Of a stretch of 64,000 bases of DNA, positions 1 to 12,712 are shown piece after piece. Below the pieces are notes generated by a model. The model was not told where the DNA came from. It did no database searches and saw only the letters and a list, made by a program, of their open reading frames with translations. This DNA comes from Octopus sinensis. Lineage: Eukaryota. Position 1 is the stretch's first letter. Each line of letters begins with the position of its first letter. A program made the position numbers and the translations under genes. The stretch spans positions 11,594,001 to 11,658,000 of the forward strand of contig NC_043007.1 in the NCBI RefSeq assembly GCF_006345805.1. The letters run 5' to 3'.

Positions 1-136
1 GCTTTCCAGCCATGTGGTTCTGAGTTCAGTCCCGCTGCGTGGCACCTTGGGCAAGTGCCTTCTACTATAGCCTCGGGCCAACCAAAGCCTTGTGAGTAGA
101 TTCGGTTGACGGAAAATGAAAGCCCATGTGTATGTG

Positions 137-175
<39 letters not shown>
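1..175 (+). mobile_element. SINE family A, partial head followed by (TA)n
   Basis: Matches the 5' half of the full copy at 3242-3664 (gttcagtccc..gcgtggcaccttgggcaagtg..gccttgtgagt); cut by the window start. Confidence 0.8.
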
Positions 176-180
<5 letters not shown>

Positions 181-195
181 TATATATAGATATAT

Positions 196-405
196 TCTTT
201 TCTACTCTAGGCACAAGGCCCGAAATTTTGGGGGAGGGGACTAGACGATTAGATCGATCACAGTATGCAACTGGTACTTAATTTATCGACCCCGAAAGGA
301 TGAAAGGCAAAGTCGACCTCGGTGGAATTTGAACTCAGAACGTAAATACAGATGAATTGCCGCTAAGTATTTCGCCCAGCATGCTAACCTTCTGCCAGCT
401 CGCCA
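196..405 (-). mobile_element. SINE family B (tRNA-like head, short-tail variant)
   Basis: Reverse complement reads ggcgagctggcag..ttctgagttcaaattccaccgaggtcgactttgcctttcatcctttcggggtcgataaattaagtaccag; many copies in the window. Confidence 0.85.
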
Positions 406-624
406 CACACACACATATATGGGGAATGCCAGTTTATGGGATTACCTTAGGTTTCCCGTCCATAAAGGGTTAGGCTTAGGGCATGGACCTCATCAAAATA
501 TGGAGGGGGAGATGCTGCGCTACTCAAAGAAAACGACTGGGGTCTGTCTCTCCATTTTTTAATATATACTGCTCTACATCTTAGAGTGTGCCTCCTTTTT
601 GGGATGTATATTTTCTACAAAAGA

Positions 625-820
625 TATCATCATCATCCAGTGTTTTAAATCCGGGTTTTGTCCCCGTTAACGGGCGTGGCCGGATCTACTTCATTGCCAT
701 AGCAACCGCCCTCACACCATCTCGCCAACTTGCCCAGGTTTGGGCGATCTCCCTTCTCAAGCCAACCCTCCCAATTTCCTCCTCCGCGTTTTCCTCGGTC
801 TACCTCGCTTTCGCTTTCTA
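625..820 (-). mobile_element. 3' fragment of an RTE-like LINE
   Basis: GC-rich island; the minus strand gives a peptide like EEEIGRVGLRREIAQTWASWRDGVRAVA, ending in a (GAT)n tail; typical RTE C-terminus architecture. Confidence 0.5.
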
Positions 821-821
821 C

Positions 822-869
<48 letters not shown>

Positions 870-1511
870 ACCTTGTTTACTGTGGTCAGGTGCACTACAA
901 CACACACACACACACACAGAAAAACGACAGGGGCGGAGGACATCAGGTGTACTGTTGGCGAATTTCAGGAACCATGGAATTTTTGAAGGATGTAGTGTCT
1001 CGACAGCTATGATGGGCTTCTTTCAATTTCCGTCTACCAAATCTACTAAGACGTGTGTGTGTGTGTGCGTGTTGCCCCCCCCCCACCACAACCACATGAC
1101 AACCACTATTGGCATGTTCATGTCCCCCGGAACCTAGCAGTTTGGCAAAAGAGACTAATAGAATAACTACCAGGCTTAAAAAAATAAATACTGGGAATCG
1201 ATTCATTCGACTAAAATTCGCCAAGGCTGTGCCCCAGCATGGCCATAGTCGAATGACTGAAACAAGTAAAAAAGAACAATAAAAGAATAGTTTTCTTTCT
1301 CCTTAATTCTAATACCTCGTACCTAATTAAGAAATAATAAAATTAATTATATATCGTAAATTGGTACACTCTCTTTATTAGCAGATTTCTAGACTAGTTT
1401 TCCAACTCGTAACTAAAGACGATTTTTTTTTTGTATTTTATATATTTCTTTTCTTTTTCCTTCCTTTCTTTTCTTTCTTTTTTCTTTCTCTCTTTTTTTT
1501 TTTTTTTGCAG

Positions 1512-1535
1512 AAACTATGTTGTGTGTAACGATAT
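1512..1535 (+). other. Candidate 24-nt microexon
   Basis: About 65-nt polypyrimidine tract ending ttttgcag, then AAACTATGTTGTGTGTAACGATAT and a weak gtactt donor; open in phases 1 and 2. Confidence 0.2.
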
Positions 1536-2371
1536 GTACTTAATATTGTTGTATCGAAGCAGGAAGGGAACTTGGGAGTTTCAATCAGATAAGAAGGGTG
1601 AGAGATAAGTGAGGGGGCTGGTGCGGTTAATATTATTTAAGAAATGAAATTAATGTTGCAGATTACATGATGGAGGGAGGAAAAGACAGAGAGCGAAAGA
1701 AGAAGCGAGTGAGAGATAGATAGATAGATAGATAGATAGAAAGAAAGAGAGTGAGGTAGTTTGAAAAGTGCAACAATCTTCAGAGAGAACGTTATGTCTG
1801 ATGCAGGATTTAGAGAACGAAGAATAACACTGAAGGAATAAACCAGAGATAGACGAGTGTATTAAATGAACTCTAGTGAAGTGGGATAGCAGTAATAAGA
1901 GGGAGAAGACACAATACGATGCGGAGGAGTGTGTGGGCAGAGACTGAAGAAGTATTTTAAGAAAAACAATGCGTATAGGTTAGGATGATGACTATGATCT
2001 GAATTCCGTTTTTCTATGCAATCCAATATATGATAGCAATATTCAATATTTGGGATTTAAAGTGATTCTCTCTTGGTGTATTTTATGACTCTGTAGAGAG
2101 ACTAAGTCTCTTAACAGTTTTTGCAATGTTATTAGAGGAATTTTCCATCAGACTTCTATGGAAAATGTGAAGAGTTGTTTGTCATTTTACACATCCCCAC
2201 CAGGTTTAGCTATGATTCATGTAAGCTATGATCAAACAGACGTTCAATTTATGACCATATTGTTGTTGCTGTTGTTGTTTTTTTTGTATATGTAGAATTC
2301 CACTGGTCAATGTATTCTTCCTTTATTGTAAGACTGTAGGGTGTGGATTTGAGAGAATCTGGCTGCTATCT

Positions 2372-2776
2372 CTTATTTCTTTACTGCCCACAAGGGGCTA
2401 AACATAGAGGGGACAAACAAAGACAGACAAGGGGATTAAGTCGATTACATCGACCCCCAGTGTGTAACTGGTACTTATTTAATCGACCCCGAAAGGATGA
2501 AAGGCTAAGTCGACCCCGGCGGAATTTGAACTCAGAACGTAAAGACAGACGAAATGCCTATTTCTTTATTACCCACAAGGGGCTAAACACAGAGAGGACA
2601 GACAAAGGGATTAAGTCGATTACATCGACCCCCAGTGTGTAACTGGTACTTATTTAATCGACCCCGAAAGGATGAAAGGCTAAGTTGACCTCGGCGGAAT
2701 TTGAACTCTGAACATAAAGACAGACGAAATGCCGCTAATTATTTTGTCCGGTGTGCTAACGATCTGCCAGCTCACT
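2372..2776 (-). mobile_element. SINE family B head-to-tail dimer
   Basis: Two consecutive bodies of about 190-210 bp; only the 5'-most unit has the gagctggcag head. Confidence 0.85.
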
Positions 2777-2905
2777 GCTATTTCTAACAGGTCAAATGTC
2801 TCAGGATTCATGTGAGCTATGATCAGAGACATTCCAGTTATGATCATGTTGTTGATTTTGTACATCCAGAACTACACTGGCCAATGTATTCTTCCTTTAT
2901 TCTTC

Positions 2906-3412
2906 CAGTGGTTCTCAACTGGGGTCCAGATGGCCCCTTGAGGGCCCATATAAGTTTTTTGAGGGTCCACACAACAAAATATTAAATTGAGGATCCACAA
3001 TAGTATTTTAAGGGGCCCCTGAAAACATTCTTATTTAGTTGTATGTATTGGTATGTACTGTTAGAAATAGGTTTCTTTCTCCAACATTTTACATAGTTCA
3101 ACCTACACGGGTTGATGTGTGAAAAGCAAAACAGGAATTTTGAAAGAAGTATTTATAAAACCAGTTTTTAAACATCAAATGGTTATGACGGTCCACCAGA
3201 ATAAGATAGAAATCAAAGTAATCAAATAGTAATCAAATATAGGCGCAGGAGTGGCTGTGTGGTAAGTAGCTTGCTAACCAACCACATGGTTCCGGGTTCA
3301 GTCCCACTGCGTGGCATCTTGGGCAAGTGTCTTCTGCTATAGCCCCGGGCCGACCAATGCCTTGTGAGTGGATTTGGTAGACGGAAACTGAAAGAAGCCT
3401 GTCGTATATATG

Positions 3413-3443
<31 letters not shown>

Positions 3444-3701
3444 ATGTGTTTGTGTGTCTGTGTTTGTCCCCCTAACATTGCTTGACAACCGATGCTGGCT
3501 GGTATATTTACGTCCCCGTCACCTAGCGGTTCGGCAAAGGAGACCGATAGAATAAGTACTGGGCTTACAAAGAATAAGTCCCGGGGTCGATTTGCTCGAC
3601 TAAAGGTGGTGCTCCAGCATGGCTGCAGTCAAATGACTGAAACAAGTAAAAGAGTAAAGAGTAAAGGGGTCCATAGATAAAAAGATGGTTGAGAATCCCT
3701 G
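2906..3701 (+). mobile_element. hAT-like MITE containing a nested SINE A
   Basis: TIRs CAGTGGTTCTCAAC / GTTGAGAATCCCTG (12/14 match); right flank GTCTAGAC fits the NTCTAGAN target of Charlie-type hAT elements; related copy at 36964-38304. Confidence 0.75.
3242..3664 (+). mobile_element. SINE family A, full length
   Basis: tRNA-like head with A-box-like TGGCTGTGTGG and B-box-like GGTTCAGTCC, central (TA)n(TG)n tract, tail aaacaagtaaaagagta; more than 15 copies in the window. Confidence 0.9.
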
Positions 3702-4432
3702 GTCTAGACTGTAGGGTGTGGATTTGAGAGAATTTGGCTGTTATTTCTAGTAGATCAAAATGACTGCATTGGTGCTTCTCTTTAGCTTGTTAGAATACAG
3801 GAAAATGTCACATTAATGACACTCTGCTAGAAATTGGTTACATGACTACACTGCATATGATATGGATCATGCTAAACCAAGAGGAGAATCCATCATCATC
3901 ATCATCATCATCATGATGTTTAGGGTCTGATTATACTGCTTTCGTGTCCTTGAAAAAGGGTTCAGATGTCACTATATCCCATGCCCTCCCCATGTTGTAA
4001 GAAGTATTTATCATCAACATTCCTGCAGCGCTAAATCTTAAAATGTAATAGGGTGGGTGGTGGTGGGGGGTAATTTTGTTGTCAGAAGGTGAGGTGGGGT
4101 GCAGAGGCAAGATAAGAAGAAAGCCAATTATTTGCAGGGGACCGATATAGTCAATTAAAGCCGTTCCAATGTATTATGTTATTGGTACTTATTTCTGTTG
4201 ACTCCCAAAGGGATGAAAAGCAGTCGAGATTAGTTAAATTTGACCCTGGGAATGTGGAGGAACTGAACTAAATGCTTTCGAAAGAACTGGTGCTGCTAGT
4301 AAACCAATGCTTGGGTTTTCATAAGAGCCATCAAAGGGAAAATGGTTGAAACAAACAGATGAGTTGGCCTCTCTATTTCATGGCTGTTTGCAAGGCAATT
4401 GGTCTGACAATTATTTACGACAATGTTAATCT

Positions 4433-5053
4433 TTTATTTGTTTCAGTCATTTGACTGTGGCCGTGCTGGAGCATAAAGGATTTTAGTTGAAGAAGTCAAC
4501 CGCAGGTCATATTTTTCAAGCCTAGTACTTATTCTTATTTCTTTACTGCCCACAAAGGGGCTAAACATAGAAGGGACAAACAAGGACAGACAAAGGGATT
4601 AAGTCGATTACATCGACCCAGTGCGTAACTGGTACTTAATTTATCGACCTCGAAAAGATGAAAGGCCAAGTCGACCTCGGCGGAATTTGAACTCAGAACA
4701 TAACGGCAGACGAAATACCTATTTCTTTACTACCCACAAGGAGCTAAACACAGAGAGGACAAACAAGGACAGACAAAGGGGTTAAGTCGATTGCATCGAC
4801 CCCAGTGTGTAATTGGTACTTATTTAATCGACCCTGAAAGGATGAAAGGCTAAGTCGACCTCGACGGAATTTGAACTCAGAACGAAATACCACTAAGCAT
4901 TTCGCCCGGCATGCTAATGTGTCTGCCAACTTCCCACCTTAAGTACTAATAAGCCTATTTCTTATTCTATCGATCTCTTTTGCTGAACTGCAAAGGTTAC
5001 AGGGGATGTAAACCCACCACTACTGGTTGTCAAGTGGAGATGGGGGGAGGGAT

Positions 5054-5107
<54 letters not shown>

Positions 5108-5275
5108 TTATATGATGGGCTTTGTTCAGTTTCTGTCTACCAAATCCACTCACAAGGCTCTAGTTGGCTCAAGGCTATAATAGAAGAGACTTGCCCAAAG
5201 TGCCACAGTGTGGGTCTGAACCTTGAACCATGTGGTTGGTAAGCAAGCTACTTACCACACAGCCATGTCTGCACC
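4433..5275 (-). mobile_element. SINE A interrupted by a SINE B dimer (4533-4940)
   Basis: Family A tail at 4433-4535 resumes at about 4960; family B dimer lies between. Confidence 0.8.
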
Positions 5276-5507
5276 TATTGTTTTTGTTTGTGTGTGTGTG
5301 TGTATTGGCACACTGCTGGAATATTCCCAGCCCCCTCCCCCTACCAGTCTCTTTGTATATCTTTTGTCTTTTACTTGTTATAGTGTTTTGACTGTGGCCA
5401 TGCTGGGGCACTTCCTGAAAGTGTATAGTAGAGTAAAATGTCCGAAGTACTTCTTTCTTTTTTTTTTTTTTAATCTGTTACTTATTTTATCAGTCTCTTT
5501 TACTGAA

Positions 5508-5741
5508 CCTATTTCTTTATTACCCACAAGGGGCTAAACACAGAGGGGACACACAAGGACAGACATAGGTATTAAGTTGATTACATCGACCCCAGTGCAT
5601 AACTGGTACTTAATTTATCGACCCCGAAAGGATGAAGGGCAAAGTCGACCTCAGCGGAATTTGAACTCCCAACGTAACGGCAGACGAAATACCGCTAAGC
5701 ATTTCGCCCGGCGTGCTAACGAGTCTGCCAGCTCGCCGCCT
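5508..5741 (-). mobile_element. SINE family B nested in a degenerate SINE A
   Basis: Complete B copy; tttactgaacc occurs on both sides (TSD-like). Confidence 0.85.
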
Positions 5742-6667
5742 TTTACTGAACCACTAAGTCACAGGTACAACACTGGTTGTCAAGCAATTGTGGTGGTGGT
5801 GGTGGAGATTAAAAACCCATAAAACATGCATGTGTGTGTGTGTGTGTGTTTGTAAATGTCTCTATATGTATAAACATTTAATCCATTTACTCTCAAACCT
5901 GATTTTGAGTATTTATTCTAGGTGACCAGACATAGCTTCTTTTTGAACTTGTCACCCCCAGGGAATACACACACACACACACACATGCACAGTGGGTCAC
6001 CATCTAGTTTCTACCAAATTCACTCACAAGGTATCGGTTGTCCTAGGGCTATTGTACTCAAGGTGCCATGCAGTGGGACTGAACCAGAAACCATGTGGCT
6101 GCAAGGCATGCTTCTTAACCACACAGCCATGTAAATAAAATATTTTTTTTTAAATAGAGACTACAAAAAAAAAAAAAATACCCATTCTGCCACCACCATC
6201 ACCATCACCACCACAAATGCCTTGAAGCATTTAATCTAAGTTTACAATTTCTGCTTGGTGAAATGGTGAAATATTTTCCCAGTAAAATATTTTGAAATTC
6301 ACATATTCACTGTTTGTATTTTATTTCAAAACAATAATAATAATAATAATAATAATAATATAATAACAAGAACAGCAACAATGATGATGATGATAGTCGT
6401 AGAATTGTCATTCAGAGACATTTTATAATGATTTCTTGCTTTTGGGACCAGGATTCCTTTTCTTGATTTTGGTAATCCTAGTACGTCTGTGGATCGTAAA
6501 TCATCACCATGGAATATTTTCTGCAATGATATACACAACGGGACAGTTTTCATTGCTCCACCATGAGACTCAAATTGTTTAAATAGCTACTGTTAATAGT
6601 CATTTAATTTTCTCTTCAGTTTTAATTTCTTGGTTATAATTTTGTTTGTTTTTACCGTTTTTCTAAA

Positions 6668-7060
6668 TCTCAATATATATAAAGCTGAAGTTGTCTGTGT
6701 ATGGCAGGTTTGGTAGCCTTCAACTAACACTATCTCCTCCGAGACCCTGCAGTGCAAGTTGACCAAAATTGAGAGTATGATAGAAGAAGGCTTGCTCTTC
6801 CGTCCGTAGAAGAAAAAATTCAAATCGGACCATGTTAACACCAAAAATTATTTACATCAAAAAGGTGCTTTTTTTCTATGAAAATCCCTATTTTTTTACG
6901 AATTTTTGATTGCTGTGTCGCCAATTTTCGGTGTATTTCAACCAGAAAAATGTTCACTTAAAGAGAATAACAAGTTACATAATGCAAAATTTTTACTTTT
7001 CAAAATTTCCAATTCTAAAGGGTCGAAACAAACCCGAGCGATGCCGGGCGATACTGCTAG
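6668..7060 (+). mobile_element. Non-autonomous Helitron
   Basis: Begins A|TC, ends CTAG|T, subterminal GC hairpin CCCGAGC-GAT-GCCGGG about 12 nt before the end; near-identical inverted copy at 15055-15433. Confidence 0.85.
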
Positions 7061-7116
7061 TATAAAAATATGTTTAGTAAATTTCTTCAGTTGTAATAAA
7101 TTCATTATATTTTATC

Positions 7117-7710
7117 TTTTATCTGTTACCGGTTTCAGTTGCTAGGTTACTGCCATGCTGGAGCACTGCCTTGAAATGCTTAGTCAAACAAGTCAACCCC
7201 AGCCCTTATATTTTAAGTCTATTCTATCAGGCATTTTTGCTGAAGTGTAAACAAACCTATACCAATTGTGTAGCCATGGTAGGGGAACAAGCACAAAAAC
7301 ACACACACACACACATATGTATGTATATATATAATGGGCTTCCATACATTTTCTGTCTACCAAATCCACTTATAGGGCATTGGATTAGCCCAGAGCTATA
7401 GAAGAAGACACTTGCACATGGTACTACTGCTAAGTTACAGGAACATACATAAACCAACACCGGTGGTCAAGCAGTGGTGGGGGACAATCGCAGACACAAA
7501 TACACACACACACATACGTGTGCACACATGCACACATACATGTATGTATTTACAATGGGCTTTCAGTTTCTATTCTACTAAATTTATTCACAAGACTTTG
7601 GTCAGCCCAACGCCATTGCAGAAGACATTTGCCCAAGGTGCCACACAGTGGGACTGAAGCCATGTGGCTGGAAAACAAGCTTCTTACCACACAGCCACAC
7701 TTGCGCCTAC
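7117..7710 (-). mobile_element. Two degenerate SINE A copies
   Basis: Recognisable A segments (tttcagt..ccatgctggagcac; ttgcccaaggtgccacacagtgggactgaa; cttaccacacagccac). Confidence 0.7.
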
Positions 7711-7957
7711 ACACACACACATATACATCTGCATGTACATATGCAAATGTATGCACATGCATATACACGCCAACACATAATTAAAATAATATTATGTTTG
7801 TTCTCATGTTGTCCAATACTTATACCTGTCATTCATGTTTTTGCAATGATAATACAACTACAAGTAGCTCTGTCAAAACTTATTGTAAGTGCTGCAGATA
7901 AACTGATTTCATTTTTTTTCTAATTATATATTATACCTCCAAATATCATAATTACTG

Positions 7958-8275
7958 AGGAGGTGCAATGGCCCAGTGGTCAGGGCAGCGGACTTGCGGT
8001 TGGAGGATCGCGGTTTTGATTCCCAGACTGGGCATTGTGTATGTTTATTGAGCGTAAACACCTAAAGCTCCACAAGGCTCCAGCAGGGGGTGGGGTGGTC
8101 ACCCCTGTTGTGCTCTTTCGCCCCAACTTTCTCTCACTCTTTCTTCCTGTTTCTTGAGTAACGCTGCAATGGACTGGTGTCCTGTCCAGCTGGGGGGAAC
8201 ACATACACCATAGAAACTGGGAAACCGGGCCCATGAGACTAGCTAGGCTTGAAAAGGGCACATAAATAAATAAAA
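7958..8275 (+). mobile_element. SINE family C (tRNA-like head)
   Basis: Head with TGGCCCAGTGG A box and GGTTTTGATTCC B-box-like motif; related copies at 14440-14735, 46396-46590 and 49938-50215. Confidence 0.8.
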
Positions 8276-8903
8276 TAAATTATCATTACTATATATTATA
8301 ATTTTAGTAGTAGTAGTAGAAGCATGGCTCACCCTGACATTAACTTATTTTTAATATTAGATAAGCTGTTGAAACAGCATAATGCTTAGTGGCATTATGA
8401 CCTTCCATACGTTCTGAGTTCAAATCTCACTAGGGTTGATTTGCTTTTCGTTCTTTTGGGGTCATTAAAAATAAGTACCAGTTGAGCGCTGGGGTTGATG
8501 TAATCGACTTATCCCCTCTCTCAAAGTTGCTGGGCCTGTGCCAAAATTTGAAACCAATATTAATCAAAACGATCTGGTTTTTAATCACTTTGTTTTAATT
8601 ATTTATTTTTATTTTATTTTTTAATCTTCATTATTATTAACATCAATAACAAAAATAGCACACATACGCACACATACACACACATGCACACATACACACA
8701 CACATACCTACTCTCACTTTTCTCTCATCATAAATTTTTTGTGTTTGTTTTTCCATGCCTGGATTAGCTAATTCGTTACCATATTTCTGTTGTAATTCCC
8801 TGCTTTTGTTCCAATTAATTTTGGAAATAACGAAGAATTTAGTAAAATAACTTAGCCATTATTAAATTGATATTTAGAACATAAATTAACGTGAAATTTT
8901 TAT

Positions 8904-9061
8904 GTGGCTGTGTGGCAAGTAGCTTGCTTACCAACCACATGGTTCTGGGTTCAGTCCCACTGAGTGGTACCTTGGGCAAGTGTTTTCTACTGTAGCCTCG
9001 AGCCAACCAAAGCCTTATGAGTGGATTTGGTAGATGGAAACTGAAAGAAGCCCGTCGTATT

Positions 9062-9104
<43 letters not shown>

Positions 9105-9315
9105 TTGTGTGTCTGTGTTTGTCCCTCCAACATCGCTTGACAACTGATGCTGGTGTGTTTGTGTCCCCGTAACTTAGCAGTTCGGCAAAAGAGACCGACA
9201 GAATAAGTACTAGGCTTACAATGAATAAGTCCTTGGGTCGATTTGTTCAACTAAAGGCAGTGCTCCAGCATGGCCGTAGTTAAATGGCTGAAACAAGTAA
9301 AAGAGTAAAAGAGTA
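8904..9315 (+). mobile_element. SINE family A inserted in a TTAA-type MITE (about 8768-9402)
   Basis: Near full-length A copy; the flanks join into a homologue of the 9994-10222 MITE ending AAAGGGTTAA. Confidence 0.85.
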
Positions 9316-9689
9316 AGGTTTTAATTTAGATCTCTTTGAAGCAGAACGTTTCAATCATTGAACTAGGAGCAGTCTCAGGCAGGTTGATATCAAAAGGGTT
9401 AAATAAGTTTTTCTTCCCAGCACAGGACACAAATTTTGTTTTCCCACAAGAGTTCTGGACCCCAGCAATGAACTCATTTGCATACAACCAATCAGAGCTC
9501 ACCTTGACCTTGTCAAGTTAACAAACACACTCTACCAAGTAAACTCAAGACAAAGAACGGTGTTGTGAGACAACCGATCGCCAAGTTATGCCTGGTTTTA
9601 GGAGACAAGTAATTGGATGGCTTTGAATCTATACCTGTTATCGGATTTTGTTAGGGCCCCATATGGTAAAGATGTGGATGGGGAAATAA

Positions 9690-9970
9690 TGTGAAATGAA
9701 GTGTTTTACTTAAGAACACAACACACCACCTAATTTAGGAATTGAAACCACGACTTTGTGATTGTGAGTGCAACACCTAAACCACTAAGCCATGAGTGAC
9801 CAAGATTACATCATAACCCCTGAACAGGACACAAGTTTTTTACAGCCAAGTAGATTGGAGCAATATGAAATAAAGTGTTTTGTTCAAGAACACAACACAC
9901 TGCTCAATCCAGGAATTGAAACTGCAATCGTGTGACTGTGAGTACAACACCCTAACTACTAGGTCATGTA
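9690..9970 (-). mobile_element. SINE family D, two tandem degenerate heads
   Basis: Reverse complement has tggcttagtggtttaggtgttgcactcac..gtggtttcaattcc..tgtgttcttgaacaaaacactttatttca; same family at 11260-11510, 11965-12240, 29026-29360, 29835-30185 and 52965-53170. Confidence 0.65.
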
Positions 9971-9993
9971 TCACTTATATTACTGGGATTTCC

Positions 9994-10222
9994 TTAACCC
10001 TTTAGTTACCGTATTTATTTTGAGATGCTCTGTGTTTTTTTTCAATTACTTTAAATATAACAAAGAATTTAGTAAAATAACTTAGTTATCATTAAACTAG
10101 TGTTAGGAACATAAATTGTGACTAAGGTTTGATGGAAGAGTTTAATTCAAAACTTATAAAAGCAAGACATTTGTAGTCAGAGCCAGAACCGGTTTCAGCC
10201 AGGTTGGTATCGAAAGGGTTAA
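9994..10222 (+). mobile_element. piggyBac-like MITE, subfamily 1
   Basis: TTAA on both sides; TIRs CCCTTTAGTTACC / GGTATCGAAAGGG (11/13 match). Confidence 0.85.
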
Positions 10223-10839
10223 TCAGGACTTGGAGGATAGGAGCGAGCCTGGTAGAATTTGAACTCAGTGACTTGTCAAGTTAGTTTCAGCTGGTCATCC
10301 TATACTTGCTTTTATGCTGTTTACTTAAATAATTTTTTTAAACATATACAATAGAATAACATTGTTAACTTACTTTGTATACACTGACAGAAATGTCTGA
10401 GTTAACAAAGGAGCGTCTGAAATAATCCCACAATTTAATGATTTTTCCCCTCAATCAATGTTACAGTTTTGAAAAATAGAGATTACCTGTTTTTATCTCA
10501 AATTAAGCACAGTATATCTAAAATAAATACAGCCAGTTTTTACTGGCTTAATACCATCCGAGTAGAACTGAAGTTTTTTCCTGGTTAGTCAACAAGAATA
10601 ACATTACTTGTATAGGTTTGTTGTGATATAGGCAACGTTTGGCTGGATATTTGTTATGAAAGGACTGCTTTGTATACCCAGGAAGATGTTTGTACTTAGA
10701 GAATTAATCAATGCGGTAATCTACTCATTTACATCTATTTTTTTAAAAATCTTAATATCTAAACCAAATCATCATCATCATCATCGTCATCATTTTAGTG
10801 TCCTCCTTTCCTTGCTAGCATGGGTTGGACAATAATTCA

Positions 10840-11067
10840 TTATCCCTTTTGTTACCAACCCAGCTGAAACTGGCTCTGACCCTGAGTACAAATGTCTTGT
10901 TTTCATAAGTTTTGAATGAAAATCTTCCACCAAACCTTAGTCACAATTTATGTTCCTAACACTAGCTGAATGATAACCAAGTTATTTAACTAAATTCTTT
11001 GTTATATTTAAAGTAATTGAAAGAAACATGGAGCATCTCAATATAAATACAGTAACGAAAGAGTTAA
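10840..11067 (-). mobile_element. piggyBac-like MITE, subfamily 1 (inverted copy)
   Basis: Reverse-complement homologue of 9994-10222, about 620 bp downstream. Confidence 0.8.
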
Positions 11068-11259
11068 GGTGGATTTTTCTAGATACCTTGTTACCAGCCC
11101 TCACCTGTTTCCAAGCAAAATAATATTTCTACCTAACCAGACATGTTTTCTTGCAAGATTGGAATTGAAGGACAGTGGTTGCATGACAGTGACACTCATT
11201 TACAACATCTATCATGTGATGTCAAAGCAAGGAGGCAGTAACACACATGTAAAAAAAAT

Positions 11260-11510
11260 AATAAATGTACCCTTTTAAAGCCTAGCTAGGCTCATAGGCC
11301 CGGTTTCCCGGTTTCAATGGTGTATGTGTTCCCCAGCTGTACGGGATGCCAGTCCATCGCAGCGTTATTCATTTTTGCCAGCTGATTGGACTGGAACAAT
11401 GTAAAATGAAGTGTTATGCTCAAGGACACAACACGTCGCCTGGTCCAGGAATCGAAACCACAATCTTACGATCATGATGCTGACACCCTAACCACTAAGC
11501 CATGCACCTA
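11260..11510 (-). mobile_element. SINE family D
   Basis: tRNA-like head on the minus strand (gtgcatggcttagtggttaggg..ggtttcgattcc); 3' part similar to the family C tail. Confidence 0.75.
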
Positions 11511-11550
11511 CCCATAACGCATTTGTACACACATCAATATTATTATTGTT

Positions 11551-11764
11551 AAGTGGCAAGCTGGCAGAATTGTTAGCATGCTGGGCAAAATGCTTAGCAA
11601 CATTTTGTCATTCTTTATGTGCTGGGTTCTAATTACACCGAGGTTGACTTTGCTTTTCGTTCTTTCGGCATTGATAAATTAAGTACCAGTGAAACACTGG
11701 GGTTGATGTTATCAACTAGTCCCTTCCCACAAAATTTCAGGCTTTGTGCCTTTAGTAGAAAGAA
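11551..11764 (+). mobile_element. SINE family B, short-tail variant
   Basis: ggcaagctggcagaattgttagc..gttgactttgc..ttaagtaccag..ttgtgcctttagtagaaagaat followed by (TTG)n. Confidence 0.8.
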
Positions 11765-11834
11765 TTGTTGTTGTTGTTGCTGTTGTTGTTGTTGTTGTTG
11801 TTTAATTCAGCCCCATCCAATTAAACTTTTGCAG

Positions 11835-11867
11835 GCTTCTTACAGAAAGGTAGAGTGTCAGGCTCAG
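11835..11867 (+). other. Candidate microexon with two donors (15 or 33 nt)
   Basis: Acceptor acttttgcag; donors AAG|gtagag after 11849 and CAG|gtaact after 11867; both lengths are multiples of 3. Confidence 0.25.
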
Positions 11868-12255
11868 GTAACTGAAACTATTTCCTGCTAAATGTGTTGA
11901 GTGCCTCTTTCTTTTGTTTGTCCACTCACCTGGATTTATATATATATATGTATGTATGTATGTGAGGATGCATGATCTCATGGTTAGGGTGTTACACTCA
12001 TGATCATGAAATCATGATTTCAATTACTTGACCGGGTGGTGCATTGTGTTCTTGAGCAAGACACATCATCTCAGTGTTGCTCTGCAATTATTTCAACACC
12101 TGTTGTGTAAGCACACTGTGCACCTGTTCATGCAACATCGATTTGATGGCGGAAGTGAGCTAATGTACATTTGATCTCTATAAACATATCATTTGTGCAG
12201 GTTATCCAGTAAAAGCTGAACACATACATTGTGTTTAATGGGAAAGTGTATCATA

Positions 12256-12685
12256 GGCACTGGCATGGCTGTGTGGTAAGTAGCTTGTTTACCAAACACA
12301 TGATTCCGGGTTCAGTCCCACTGCGTGGCACCTTGGGCAAGTGTCTTCTACTATAGCCTCGGGCCGACCAAAGCCTTGTGAGTGGATTTGGTAGACGGAA
12401 ACTGAAAGAAGCCCGTCGTATATATATATGTATATATATATATATATTATATATATATATATATATATGTATGTGTGAGTGTTTGTGTGTCTGTGTTTGT
12501 CCCCCTAGCATTGCTTGACAACCGATGCTGGTGTGTTTATGCCCCCGTCACTTAGCGGTTCGGCAAAACAGACCGATAGAATAAGTACTGGGCTTACAGA
12601 AAATAAGTGCCGGGGTCGAGTTGCTCGATTAAAGGCGGTGCTCCAGCATGGCCGCAGTCAAATGACTGAAACAAGTAAAAGAGTA
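12256..12685 (+). mobile_element. SINE family A, full length
   Basis: Head, central microsatellite and tail all present. Confidence 0.9.
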
Positions 12686-12712
12686 TATATTTGGCCCAAG
12701 GTGTCACATTCT

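Noticed and set aside
3222-3680. Recurrent ORFs such as ASFSFRLPNPLTRLWSARGYSRRHLPKVP
   Set aside because: Translations of the non-coding SINE A; they recur wherever the SINE does.
6326-6553. 75-aa minus-strand ORF and a nearby + strand acceptor at 6451
   Set aside because: No recognisable protein; the segment resembles a decayed hAT MITE end and runs into (AAT)n.
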